This document shows positions 27,584 through 36,879 of a DNA stretch of 64,000 nt, piece by piece. The notes below the pieces were generated by a model that did no database searches, was not told where the DNA came from, and saw only the letters and a program-made list of their open reading frames with translations. The position numbers and the translations under genes are program-made. This DNA comes from Planctomycetota bacterium (GTDB lineage Bacteria > Planctomycetota > PUPC01 > DSUN01). Position 1 is the first letter of the stretch, and each line of letters starts with the position of its first letter. The stretch covers positions 4,350 to 68,349 of the forward strand of contig DATKZY010000096.1 in the NCBI GenBank assembly GCA_035527715.1. Reading direction: 5' to 3'.

Positions 27584-29239
27584 TCATTCAATCAGGAACG
27601 AGCAGCCTCCCTCGCCCGACTTCTCGATGAGGTCGCTGCGGCGGCCGGCCGTGCCCCACCCACCCGGCGTCACGTGCGTGCAGGGCGGCCAGCCGTTGCC
27701 CGAGAAGACCAGGTCGCCCTCGGGGAAGAGCATCCGCCCCCGCCCATCATACGACACGTAGCCCGCGCGCGCCGGCGGCGCCACCTCGCCCAGGCTCCAG
27801 AAGAAGCCGGCCGACGGCTCGGGCGCCAGCGGCAGCTCGCAGCAACGGGTCAGCTTCTCCCCCTCGATGCGCACTTGGGTGAACCGCTCCTGGCTCGAGA
27901 AGAAGGGGCTCAGCGTCTTCAGGCAGAACGAGCCGGCGTGCACGGGCGACACGCCCTCCAGCTCGAACCTCCACCGCACCGTGTGGCCCTCGGCCCAGGC
28001 CTCGAAGAGGACCCGCTTGCCCGCATTCTCGCGCAGGTAGCTGATGCGCGTGCCGCCGCGCGGAGTAGCCACGAACTGACACGAATGGGCACGAACGCCG
28101 AAGCCGCCCGAAGCCGGTCTCCCGGAACTTCGTGCGGGTTCGTGTGCTTTCGTGGCTATTCCCTCCACTTTCCACGGGATGAACCAGTCGGCCCGCGGCC
28201 GGCTCGGCCACGAGTTGGCCCCGCCGAACTCGTCCCAGTCGCCCTCGGGGCAGTCGAGCACCCACATGCTCTGGGGGAACCAGGGGACGAAGATCGAGAG
28301 CGTCGCCCACTCGGTGGGCACGAGGCGGATGGGCGCCTTGAGATACAGGTCTTCGCGGATGGCGACGGGCTTCGGCGGGTCGAAGCGCTCGACGCGATAG
28401 GCGGCAGGTGTCGCATCTTCATTTGGCACATGGCGGCTATGTGCGAAATGAAGATGCGACACCTCAGCGGGCGGCCCGTCGGCGACGCAGCGGAAGCCGC
28501 TGTCGTAGATGCGCATCTGGTGCGACCACGAGAGCCGGTTCGACGGCAGGAAGGAGTACGCCTGCTTGTGGCAGAAGGCGCCGCCCGCGAGGACCGCGGG
28601 ATTGGGGTCGGCCGAGGCGCCCGCCCGGTTGGTCTGCGGATAGACGACCTTCACCCACTCGCCGACCAGGCCGTAGCTGCCGAGGCCGAAGGGACCGCAG
28701 TCGGCATAGGCGCCCACGGGGATCGCGACGCCGAGGCCCACGTTGCCCGGGTTGCGAAGGCAGAAGCCGTCGCGCCACTCGTTGCCCCAGGGGAAGAGCC
28801 GGCCGTCGTCGCCGCGCCACGCCCGTTCCCACTCGACCTCGGTCGGCAGGCGCTTGCCGAGCCACGCCGCGTAGGCGGCCGCATCCTCCGAGTTGACGCC
28901 GACCATCGGCAGTGCGAGGTTCTCCGGGCTGAAGTGGTGCCAGCCGGTCAGCTCCGCCCAGCCCACGAGCCAACCGTTGTAGAGGATGCTGTAGCCCGTC
29001 TCTTGCATGAAGCGCAGGAACTGGCCGCGCGTGACGGGGTGCTTATCCATCCAGAACTCGCCCGTCTCCAGCTCGCGGCGGTCGGCGTGGAAGTGGAGCA
29101 TGTCGGGATGCACACCGGCCTTCCGCGCCTGCTCGGCCTTCTCGTCGGGCGTGAGGCCGAAGAGCACGTCGCCCGCCGGCACGTGCACCATGGCCCGGTC
29201 GAGTTCCTGGGGGTCGTAGTTGGCAACTGTGTGCCACAT
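27584..29239 (-). CDS. Formylglycine-generating enzyme (SUMF1/FGE) family protein with a roughly 280-aa C-terminal extension that carries an in-frame palindromic insertion
   Basis: FGE blocks MVHVPAGDVLFG, HPVTRGQFLRFMQETGY, RLPTEVEWERAWRG, GLVGEWV, GGAFCHKQ and RIYDSGFRCV. Start at MWHTVANY (CAT at 29237-29239); the longer ORF-track start at 29440 reads through a pseudogene remnant in another frame. Confidence 0.75.
   Translation of the reverse strand: MWHTVANYDPQELDRAMVHVPAGDVLFGLTPDEKAEQARKAGVHPDMLHFHADRRELETGEFWMDKHPVTRGQFLRFMQETGYSILYNGWLVGWAELTGWHHFSPENLALPMVGVNSEDAAAYAAWLGKRLPTEVEWERAWRGDDGRLFPWGNEWRDGFCLRNPGNVGLGVAIPVGAYADCGPFGLGSYGLVGEWVKVVYPQTNRAGASADPNPAVLAGGAFCHKQAYSFLPSNRLSWSHQMRIYDSGFRCVADGPPAEVSHLHFAHSRHVPNEDATPAAYRVERFDPPKPVAIREDLYLKAPIRLVPTEWATLSIFVPWFPQSMWVLDCPEGDWDEFGGANSWPSRPRADWFIPWKVEGIATKAHEPARSSGRPASGGFGVRAHSCQFVATPRGGTRISYLRENAGKRVLFEAWAEGHTVRWRFELEGVSPVHAGSFCLKTLSPFFSSQERFTQVRIEGEKLTRCCELPLAPEPSAGFFWSLGEVAPPARAGYVSYDGRGRMLFPEGDLVFSGNGWPPCTHVTPGGWGTAGRRSDLIEKSGEGGCSFLIE
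28407..28463. mobile_element. 57-bp palindromic MITE-like element, copy 2, in frame inside the FGE-like gene
   Basis: GGTGTCGCATCTTCATTTGGCACATGGCGGCTATGTGCGAAATGAAGATGCGACACC. It encodes SHLHFAHSRHVPNEDATP on the minus (gene) strand; because it is palindromic the plus strand encodes SHLHLAHGGYVRNEDATP. Confidence 0.75.
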
Positions 29240-29306
29240 GGGTTCTCTCCTGGCTGTGTGGATTGCTCCGACTGCCCGCAGGCCGCGTGCGAAGACCGAA
29301 GCTCTA

Positions 29307-29456
29307 TCAAGCAGCTCCCTGCCGCAGCCCCATCGCGGTGCGGAACAGGGCCTCGACGTTAGGATACGGGAAACCTGGGTCAATCTCAATGTAGAGCCAG
29401 GAGCCGCCATCGGCCAGCGCCCAGTCGGCCAGAACGCCATAGCCGAAGGCTGCGCA
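29307..29456 (-). pseudogene. Remnant duplicate of the C-terminus of the URO-D-like gene (31684-32730), lying between the LRR gene and the FGE-like gene
   Basis: The translation ...GGSWLYIEIDPGFPYPNVEALFRTAMGLRQGAA* matches the C-terminus ...AGGSWLYIEIDPGFPWPNVEALFRVAMELRQGATV* of 31684-32730. DNA identity is evident across 29312-29430 vs 31690-31810. No start codon and only about 45 codons. Confidence 0.6.
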
Positions 29457-31667
29457 TCAGTGGTCCGAGCCGCCGATCCACTGCATCAACTGGACGCCCC
29501 GTTTCTTCAGCTCGTCGAGCACCGAGTAGTCCTTCACCTTGCCGCACCCGCAGATGGCCAGGGTTCGGAGCTTGGCGATCTTGGCCAGGGGCGCCAGATC
29601 GGTCACGCCAGAGCAGTAGGTGAGCGTGAGATCGCCCAGATTCTCCAACCGGGCCAGCGGAGTGAGGTCTGTGACCTTGGGGCACCCGTTGAGCTGGAGG
29701 CTGCGCAGGCCTTTCATCTCAGCGACAGGCGACAGGTCGGAGACGTTCCCGCAACACGACAGGGACAACTGTGAGACCTCCGGGAGGCTTGCCAGCGGCG
29801 CAAGGTCGTTGAGCTTCGTGGTCGTGAACAGGCTCAGGGAGCGCAGTTCACCCAGGTTCGCCAGGGGGGAGAGATCCGTCAAGTGCCTGAAGTTGTCGAG
29901 GTAAAGCCACTGGAGGCGGGCGAGATTCCCCAGTGGCTTCAGGTCGGTGGCATTGAGGGCGCTCCTGGCCGAAAGGCTGAGCGAGGTCAGCGCCGTGAGG
30001 TCCGACAGGAAGGAGATGTCGGCCGCGTCGAGTTCAGCGAGATCAAGCGATTTGAGGCGGGTGAGCCTTCCGAGGGGCGCGAGCGGGCCGCGGACCGCCT
30101 TCCCGCGCAGCCTCAGGGATGTGAGTTGCGTGAGGTTGCCCAGCGGAGCAACGTCGGCGCCCTCGCCGATCTCGTGGAGTGTGAGGCTTCCAAGCTCGAC
30201 CAGGCTGCCCAGCGGGGCGAGATCACCCACCTGCGTCTGCGAGAGCTCGAGACGGGTCAGCTTCGTCAGGTGGCCGATGGGCCTCAGGTCGAGTGGCCCG
30301 GTGCAGTGGGTGAGTTCAAGGTGGGTGAGCTTGGTGAGGTGGCGGAGCGGCCCGAGGTCACTCACACCAGAGCAGTTAGTCAGGCTCAGGGAATCGAGTT
30401 CTCGGAGGCCGGCAAGCGGCGTGAGGTCGCTCACACCAGAGGAGTTCACCAGGTTCAGGGACTCGAGTTCTCGAAGACCGGCGAACGGGGCGAGGTCGGC
30501 AATGGTGTCCTTGAGGCGAACATTGAGCTTCCGCAGCCTGGTCAGCCCGGCCAGGGGAGCAATGGTGCTGACCTCGGGCAGGTCGAGTTCCTCGAGTTCC
30601 GTGAGGCCGGCGAGTGGCGTGATGTCCAAGGCCTCGGCGGCCCGGTGAATCTGGAGCCGTCGCAGCCGCTTCAGCCTGGCCAGGGGACCGAGATCGTGCG
30701 GCGCTGGCGGGGATAGTTCGAGCGCGGTCGTGAACTCCGGCAGCTCGTGAAGAAACGAGGCCGGCAGCGCCTCGTACCCGCGGACGTCGAGGCTGAGCGA
30801 TGTCAACTGCTTCAGCTTGCGCAGCGCGCCCAGGCCAGTCTTCGGCTCGCGGCAATTCACGCTGAGGTGGCGAAGACGCGAAACCTTGGCCAGAGCGTCG
30901 GCGTCCCGGTCACGCCAATCGAGGGTCAGGGAGGTCAGCTTCGGCAAGTCGGCGAGGGGCGAGAGGTCGCGGAAACTGCATCCCCCGATGTTGAGCGCCC
31001 GCAGTTCCTTCATCGCCCCCAGGGGGTGGAGATCAGTGACCCGGGAGAGCGAGTACAGAGAAAGGGCACGCAACTGGCGGAGGCCCGCGAGCGGTGAGAT
31101 ATCTGCCACGTCCCCCAACCGACAAAGCACCAGGGAACGCAGCGCGGTGAGGTTTCCCAGAGTCGCAATGTCCGTAGCGCTCATGGGCCGGGAGAGATAG
31201 AGGTACGCCGCGGACACGCCCGGTTGCGTGGTCAGGGGCGCCAGGTCGGGCTTGCCGGTCACCACGAGGGCATACTCGCGGCCCGCCGGCAACCGCGGCA
31301 GCGCCCCCAAGTCGTCCCCAATGCCCCAGATTGTCAGGGGGCTGGTTCCTGTGGCGATGGCCTCGTGGAGTGGGGCCATGCCTTCCGGGGTGTCGAGCGC
31401 AACCCCGGCCAGCCGCATCGGCCCGCCGTCCACGCTGACGAACACCCGCGGGCCGCGCTCCTCGATCCTCAGCTCCCTGCCGCCATGATAGGGCAGCGCC
31501 CGCCGCGGAGGGTGGCCCGCCACGATCCATTCGTGCGGGAGGAGTTTCTGCATCCGCACGTCGCCAGCCGTGGTGTGAACCGTCACCTGGGCCGGCCCGA
31601 GGACTCTTCCGGCGCACCCGGCCGCGAGGAAGGCGACCACGACCCACAGCGCGTTCCGCCTCTCCAT
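29457..31667 (-). CDS. Leucine-rich repeat (LRR) lipoprotein with about 25 tandem 22-24-residue repeats
   Basis: Start MERRNALWVVVAFLAAGCAG (signal plus lipobox), with an AAGGAG RBS 7 nt upstream and 16 bp after the URO-D-like stop. Repeats follow the pattern L..L..L.L..C..V.DLSPLA.L and end in ...KDYSVLDELKKRGVQLMQWIGGSDH*. Confidence 0.8.
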   Translation of the reverse strand: MERRNALWVVVAFLAAGCAGRVLGPAQVTVHTTAGDVRMQKLLPHEWIVAGHPPRRALPYHGGRELRIEERGPRVFVSVDGGPMRLAGVALDTPEGMAPLHEAIATGTSPLTIWGIGDDLGALPRLPAGREYALVVTGKPDLAPLTTQPGVSAAYLYLSRPMSATDIATLGNLTALRSLVLCRLGDVADISPLAGLRQLRALSLYSLSRVTDLHPLGAMKELRALNIGGCSFRDLSPLADLPKLTSLTLDWRDRDADALAKVSRLRHLSVNCREPKTGLGALRKLKQLTSLSLDVRGYEALPASFLHELPEFTTALELSPPAPHDLGPLARLKRLRRLQIHRAAEALDITPLAGLTELEELDLPEVSTIAPLAGLTRLRKLNVRLKDTIADLAPFAGLRELESLNLVNSSGVSDLTPLAGLRELDSLSLTNCSGVSDLGPLRHLTKLTHLELTHCTGPLDLRPIGHLTKLTRLELSQTQVGDLAPLGSLVELGSLTLHEIGEGADVAPLGNLTQLTSLRLRGKAVRGPLAPLGRLTRLKSLDLAELDAADISFLSDLTALTSLSLSARSALNATDLKPLGNLARLQWLYLDNFRHLTDLSPLANLGELRSLSLFTTTKLNDLAPLASLPEVSQLSLSCCGNVSDLSPVAEMKGLRSLQLNGCPKVTDLTPLARLENLGDLTLTYCSGVTDLAPLAKIAKLRTLAICGCGKVKDYSVLDELKKRGVQLMQWIGGSDH

Positions 31668-31683
31668 TGGGCGCTCCTTGCTC

Positions 31684-32730
31684 TCAGACCGTGGCGCCTT
31701 GCCGCAGTTCCATCGCCACGCGGAACAGGGCTTCCACGTTGGGCCAGGGGAAGCCGGGGTCAATCTCGATGTAGAGCCAGGAGCCGCCGGCGGCGGGGCG
31801 GAAGATGTCCACGAGGCGCAGCACGTGGTCGCGCACCTCGGCGGGCGAGCGGCGCTGCATCAGGTCGCCGCGGTCGGGGTGAAGTTCGAGGGCAATGCCC
31901 ATCTCGCGGCAGCGCCTGGCGAGCTCGGGCAGGTCGAAGACCGTAAGCTGAGGCCAAAGGGCGTCCACGCCAAGCTCCGAGAAGTCCTCCAGGATGTCGC
32001 CGATCTGGCCGCAGCAGTGGAAGAAGATGTGTTTGCCCGCCTTGCGGATCGGCTCGAAGAGGGCCTCATAGCGCGGCTTGTAGAAGCGGCGCCACACCTT
32101 CGGCGGCAGGAGCAACGCCTCCTGCGTGCCGAAGTCGTCGCCGAACGCCACGCCGTCCACGTCGAGCGCGAGCGAGCGGCGGACGCCCGCGGCGGTGTGC
32201 TCGACGAGCAGGTCGGCCAGGCGGTTGATCTCCGGCGTGTCGCGGAGGATGTCCACCAGCGTGTCCTCGAAGCCGCGGAGCGACCAGAGCTTCTCCATCA
32301 GGCTCCCGCTGCCGCCGAGGGTGAACCAGCGGCGCTTCTGGGCGGCGACGCTGGCCCGGACCTTCTCCACGTCCGGCCCCTCGGCCGTCGGTGGCGGAGG
32401 CGGCTTGTAGGCGTCGAGCCGGCCCATGTCGCGCAGCGGCCAGTCAATCAGGTGGCCCCAGACGCCGAAGATGCGATACTCCCAGGTCGAGCCCCACTCG
32501 TCGGTCTTGATCGTGTGGTAGCGGCCGTCGGGGTCGAAATCGCCGGGCGGCGGCCCGGCGGGGAGCGTCACGCCGCTCAGGTCGCCGAAGTCGTGGCCAC
32601 AGGCCCTCGTGAGGTCGAGCAGCTTCTGCCCGTGCTCGTAGAGGCCGCCCACGGCCGGCAGAATCCGCAGCGGCACCACGTCGGGCGGGCGGAAGTCGAG
32701 GGCGGCGAGGACGCGTTCGCGGGGCAGCAT
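31684..32730 (-). CDS. Uroporphyrinogen decarboxylase (URO-D) family protein (MtaA/CmuA-like)
   Basis: 348-aa protein with URO-D-like fold signatures. It abuts the IMPase stop (stop at 32731-32733, start at 32728-32730). Confidence 0.75.
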   Translation of the reverse strand: MLPRERVLAALDFRPPDVVPLRILPAVGGLYEHGQKLLDLTRACGHDFGDLSGVTLPAGPPPGDFDPDGRYHTIKTDEWGSTWEYRIFGVWGHLIDWPLRDMGRLDAYKPPPPPTAEGPDVEKVRASVAAQKRRWFTLGGSGSLMEKLWSLRGFEDTLVDILRDTPEINRLADLLVEHTAAGVRRSLALDVDGVAFGDDFGTQEALLLPPKVWRRFYKPRYEALFEPIRKAGKHIFFHCCGQIGDILEDFSELGVDALWPQLTVFDLPELARRCREMGIALELHPDRGDLMQRRSPAEVRDHVLRLVDIFRPAAGGSWLYIEIDPGFPWPNVEALFRVAMELRQGATV

Positions 32731-33534
32731 TCACCTTCCCCTCACCAAGTCGCGGAGCACCTCGTGGATGCCGGGAGCGGCGGCGAGGGTGTTCCACTCG
32801 GCCTCGGAGGTCTCGATGGCGTCGAGTACGGCGCCCGCCTCGCGCAGGACCACGGCCGCCGCCGCGATGTCCCAGCTCCGCAGCCGCTGCTCGTAGAAGC
32901 CGGTGAAGCGGCCGCAGGCGACGTTGCACAAATCGTAGGCGGCCGAGCCCATGGCCCGCACCTTGCGCACGCGGGGCGCGAGGCGCCCAGTCTGCTCCAC
33001 AAAGTGGGCCACCGCCCCCGGCCGCGCGCCAAAGCCCGTGCCGACGATGGACTCCTCGAGCGTCGCGACCGTGCTCGGCCGGATGGGCTTGCCGTTGAGC
33101 GTCGCCCCCTTGCCCGTCTCGGCGACGAACAGCTCATCCGTCGGCGGGGCGTAGACCACGCCGACCAGCGGCTCGCCGAGCGACTCGAGGCCGCGCGGGA
33201 ATGCCGCCGCCGTGCCCGTTGGCCGGCGATAGCAGGCGACCGAGGTGCAGAAGTAGGGCAGGCCGTAGAAGAAGCTCACCGTGCCGTCGAGCGGGTCAAT
33301 CAGCCACCAGCAGTCGCCCTCGCCGCCGAGGGCGCCGGCCTCCTCGGTGAGGATGGCGTCGTCGGGCCAGTCGCGGCGAATCGTCTCGACGATGGCCTGC
33401 TCGCACAGGCGGTCGGCCTCGAGCTTCACGTCGTTCCGCGTCGCCTGGTCCACGGCCAGCAGCGTGCCCCAGAGGCGCTTCTGAATCTCGCCCGCGGCCC
33501 GCGCCGCGGCAAGGGCGGTGTCTTTGGTGGTCAT
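32731..33534 (-). CDS. Inositol monophosphatase family protein
   Basis: WLIDPLDGT metal-binding motif, plus EEAG...GG and the C-terminal GSAAYDLCNVACGRFTGFYE block typical of IMPase/SuhB. Confidence 0.85.
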   Translation of the reverse strand: MTTKDTALAAARAAGEIQKRLWGTLLAVDQATRNDVKLEADRLCEQAIVETIRRDWPDDAILTEEAGALGGEGDCWWLIDPLDGTVSFFYGLPYFCTSVACYRRPTGTAAAFPRGLESLGEPLVGVVYAPPTDELFVAETGKGATLNGKPIRPSTVATLEESIVGTGFGARPGAVAHFVEQTGRLAPRVRKVRAMGSAAYDLCNVACGRFTGFYEQRLRSWDIAAAAVVLREAGAVLDAIETSEAEWNTLAAAPGIHEVLRDLVRGR

Positions 33535-33547
33535 TGCGCCCCTTCTC

Positions 33548-34411
33548 TCAGTCGCCGGATGCGGCGCCTCGTGCCGGCCGCACGCAGCGGAAGCCGATCA
33601 GGCCGTTGCGGTCGGCGGCGAAGCAGACGTCGGTGAACTGCGGATACTCCTGGTCGCGGTAGGAGGAGCGGCACTGGCTGGCCTTGGAGCTCCAGGCCCC
33701 GCCGCGAATCACCCGCGTGTTGCCCTTCGCCGGGCCGCGCGGGTCGCGCTCCGGGCTCTTCCTGTAGTAATCCTCGGCATAGAAGTCGTGGCACCATTCC
33801 CACACGTTGCCGTAAAGGTCGTGGAGGCCCCAGGGATTGATGCGCTTCTGGCCGACGGCTTGGGGGGTGCGCATGCAGTTGTCGCGGAACCAGGCGTAGT
33901 CGCCAAGCTTCGCGCGGTCGTTTCCGAAGAAGTAAGTGGTCGTGGTGCCGGCGCGGCAGGCGAACTCCCATTCGGCCTCGGTGGGGAGGCGGTAGCCGCT
34001 CGCCGTGAAGTCGCACGCCCACGACTGCTCGTCATACGCGGGCGCGAGGCCGTCGCGCCGCGACCGCGCGTTGCAGTAGGCCGCGGCCTGGCTCCAGCGG
34101 ATCTGCTCGACGGGGTTCTTCGGGTCCTTCCACAGCGAGGGGTTCTTGCCCATCAGCCTCTCGTAGGCTTCCTGGGTCACCTCGTGCGTATCAATGTAGA
34201 ACGGGCCGACGAAGACCTTGTGCGGCGGCTCGTCCACCTCGTCGCTGGCGTCGCTGCCCATCACGAACGAGCCGCCGGGAATGTGGACCATCAATTCAAG
34301 GTGCCCCGCAATTGTCGCGTTCGGGCTCGTCGCCGTCGGCTCCTGCGTCTCGCTGCACGAGAGGAGCGCTGGAGCCAGGAATAGGAGCAACATGGCCGCG
34401 CACGATTTCAC
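33548..34411 (-). CDS. Formylglycine-generating enzyme (SUMF1/FGE) family lipoprotein
   Basis: Signal MKSCAAMLLLFLAPALLSCS. FGE blocks MVHIPGGSFVMGSD, HKVFVGPFYIDTHEVTQ, RLPTEAEWEFACRAG, GNVWEWCHD, RVIRGGAW and GFRCV are present. Confidence 0.8.
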   Translation of the reverse strand: MKSCAAMLLLFLAPALLSCSETQEPTATSPNATIAGHLELMVHIPGGSFVMGSDASDEVDEPPHKVFVGPFYIDTHEVTQEAYERLMGKNPSLWKDPKNPVEQIRWSQAAAYCNARSRRDGLAPAYDEQSWACDFTASGYRLPTEAEWEFACRAGTTTTYFFGNDRAKLGDYAWFRDNCMRTPQAVGQKRINPWGLHDLYGNVWEWCHDFYAEDYYRKSPERDPRGPAKGNTRVIRGGAWSSKASQCRSSYRDQEYPQFTDVCFAADRNGLIGFRCVRPARGAASGD

Positions 34412-34415
34412 GGCG

Positions 34416-35408
34416 TCACTTCTCCTCCGGCGGCAGCCAATCGTAGTCCCAGTGGTGCCCCACCCAGCCCTTGGGGCTGACGGTGATCGTGGCCCCGTCG
34501 GCGACGCGCACGATGCACAGGGGGCTGTGGACCCGCCAACTGCCCCTGAGTGGGATCTTCACATAGGCGATGTAGCGCCCGCAGTGCGACCAGCGGCCGC
34601 ACGGGTCCTGGCCGATGGCCTCGGGCGGCAGGGTGACGATCTTGCCGTCCGTGCCGTCGGGCAGCGACGGGTCGAAGCGGCGGACGCCGAGCGAATCGCC
34701 CGCGTTCCAGCACATCCACGCCCCGTCGGGCGAGAAGGCGGGGTGGCACTCGCCCTTCTTGACGGGATGGTTGGGCAGCTTGCGGATCGGGCCGCCCTCG
34801 GCCGGCATGAAGTCAATCGTGTACTTGGAGCCCAGGTAGTCGCGGATCTCGAAGATGAACCACTTGCCGTCGGGCGAGAGGTCCACGACGCTCACGCGGC
34901 GCTCGACCTTGATCGGCTCGGTCGCCTTGCCCGTCTCGACGTCCTTGTAGACGATGCCGCGCTTCTCGCACGCGACGGTGCGCTTGCTGTCGGGCGTCCA
35001 GACGTAGAAGCCGTCGAGCGGGCGGGTCTTGAGCGACTTCACGTCCACCACGAGGTCGCCGTAGTTGTGGGTGAACATCGAGCCGTCGGGCGACGTGCGG
35101 GGCGTGCGCTCGTCCTTGTCGGGCGTGTTGGTGAGCTGCTTGAGGCCCGAGCCGTCGGCGTTGACGATGTAGAGGTCGCGGGGCGGGTAGGCCCCCTTCG
35201 GGTCGGGCGGCTTCTCGGGGTGGATGGAGACGACGAGGCGGTAGCCGGTCGCCCGAAGCTCCTCCTTGAGGTCCTTGATGCGCGGCTCGCCGAAGGGGTC
35301 GCATTTCGGCGGCATCTCCCACCGGGCTCGGAGGGACGGCGCGTCGGCGGCCTGGGCCGCCACGGCGGCGCCGAGCAGGAACAGGGCAAGGCGGGCCACA
35401 GCGTTCAT
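34416..35408 (-). CDS. TolB-like beta-propeller periplasmic protein
   Basis: Signal MNAVARLALFLLGAAVAAQA, with repeated PxFSPDG-type blades (SPDGSMF, TPDSK, SPDGKW, SPDGAW). Confidence 0.7.
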   Translation of the reverse strand: MNAVARLALFLLGAAVAAQAADAPSLRARWEMPPKCDPFGEPRIKDLKEELRATGYRLVVSIHPEKPPDPKGAYPPRDLYIVNADGSGLKQLTNTPDKDERTPRTSPDGSMFTHNYGDLVVDVKSLKTRPLDGFYVWTPDSKRTVACEKRGIVYKDVETGKATEPIKVERRVSVVDLSPDGKWFIFEIRDYLGSKYTIDFMPAEGGPIRKLPNHPVKKGECHPAFSPDGAWMCWNAGDSLGVRRFDPSLPDGTDGKIVTLPPEAIGQDPCGRWSHCGRYIAYVKIPLRGSWRVHSPLCIVRVADGATITVSPKGWVGHHWDYDWLPPEEK

Positions 35409-35415
35409 CGTTGCT

Positions 35416-36879
35416 TCACTCCTTGGCGGCGGCGGGACCCGCCGCGGCGCTTTCCGTGGGGACCCAGTGGAGGCTTCCGCAGCGGAGCGTGAGGTCCTGC
35501 ATCTGCGGGAGCTTGTCGGTCTCGGGGAGAGCGACCTCGAAGGTGCACGGGCACTCGGCAATCGGCTTCTCGACGACCTTGTCGTTCTTCCAGTCGGGGG
35601 CCTCTTTGTAGCGGTAGATGAGGGTCAGCGGATTGGCCTTGACGGCCTCGGGGTTGGCCACGGTGAGGGTCACCCTGTTCTTGCCGGGCATCAGGTGCGG
35701 GGCGGCCATGGCGTTGTGGGTGAAGACGGTCTTCACGTGGAGGCGGTGGAGCGTGGCCTTGCCGCTGAGCTTGAGCCTCACCTCGTACGTGTGGCGGCCG
35801 CGGCTGGGGCGCACGACCGCCTTGTCCAGCTCGGCACGATACTCCTTCTTCCCTGCGTCGCTCGCCGTCAGGACCGGCGTCCAGTCCTTCTCCACGCGGA
35901 CCGCGACGTCCACGCGGTCGCCCTCGCCGGGGCAGGTGGCCTCGAAGGCGACCGTCGCGGCAGTGATGTAGAAGGGGCACTTGACGGGGACGATGAGCTC
36001 GCCGGCGGCCAGGGCGTCCTTGAGCGGCGCCTGGCCCAGGTCGGGCGAGTAGCTCATCCAGCCGTTGAAGAAGTGGCGGTAGCTGACCGACACGCCGCCG
36101 TACTTGGGGATGCCGTAGGGCTCCCAGACCCTGAACAGCTCGGGCGGGCCTTTGCGGTCCTTGCCGCCGCAGGTGTGGATGGGGCCGGGGTCCCTGGCGC
36201 GGTGGGTGTTGGGCAGCGGCTTGCCGTGGGGCCACCAGGAGCGCACGATCTCCTCGCCTGGGCGCAGCCCGTAGCCCTTCACCGACCAGTCGCTCTTCTG
36301 GACCTGGTAGTCGAGGGTCTTGATCTTCTGGGCGAAGGCCATCGGCTCGTCGCCGCAGGGGCAGAGGCCGGGGCACGCGCGGCCCTCCTTCACCGCGTCG
36401 CGGATGAGCGAGGGGTCCTGATTCAGCTCCTCGAACGACGCGACGTGGCGCTTCTCGCCGCGGGTGAAGACGTAGAAGTTGGTCATCGTGTCGAAGCCGT
36501 GCCACGCCCCGTCGTAGAATGCCTCGTAGAAGGTGTGGCCGGGGTGCGACACGATGCGCATTTTGATCCCGGCGGCGCCGAGCAGCCCCTTCATGCACGT
36601 GGCCTGCGAGCCGCACAGCGTGTTGCCGATCGCGTTCACGCACTTCAGCGGGTCCCGGCTCTCGGGGATGTTCTGGTAGTGGTAGACCCGCTGGTAGTAG
36701 AAGTCGTACATGGCGATGGCCTTCTGCTCGTCGGTCATGCCCGGCTGGACGACGCCGGCGACGATCGACTCGAAGCTCGAGCAGTCCACCGTCCTGTCCG
36801 TCGTCACCCAGGGCTCCTTCACCTCGGCCCCCGCGAGTGCGCCGATGCCCAGCAAGAGAAGCGGCAGAAGCCATCTCAT
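35416..36879 (-). CDS. Secreted Cys-rich hypothetical protein
   Basis: Signal peptide MRWLLPLLLLGIGALAGA and mixed globular composition. I recognised no family. Confidence 0.6.
   Translation of the reverse strand: MRWLLPLLLLGIGALAGAEVKEPWVTTDRTVDCSSFESIVAGVVQPGMTDEQKAIAMYDFYYQRVYHYQNIPESRDPLKCVNAIGNTLCGSQATCMKGLLGAAGIKMRIVSHPGHTFYEAFYDGAWHGFDTMTNFYVFTRGEKRHVASFEELNQDPSLIRDAVKEGRACPGLCPCGDEPMAFAQKIKTLDYQVQKSDWSVKGYGLRPGEEIVRSWWPHGKPLPNTHRARDPGPIHTCGGKDRKGPPELFRVWEPYGIPKYGGVSVSYRHFFNGWMSYSPDLGQAPLKDALAAGELIVPVKCPFYITAATVAFEATCPGEGDRVDVAVRVEKDWTPVLTASDAGKKEYRAELDKAVVRPSRGRHTYEVRLKLSGKATLHRLHVKTVFTHNAMAAPHLMPGKNRVTLTVANPEAVKANPLTLIYRYKEAPDWKNDKVVEKPIAECPCTFEVALPETDKLPQMQDLTLRCGSLHWVPTESAAAGPAAAKE

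Noticed and set aside
26687-29362. 891-aa plus-strand ORF spanning the L,D-transpeptidase and FGE-like region
   Set aside because: It is antisense to two well-supported minus-strand genes (YkuD and FGE motifs). Its translation is low-complexity and contains the palindromic element read in its alternative frame (IFIWHMAAMCEMKM).
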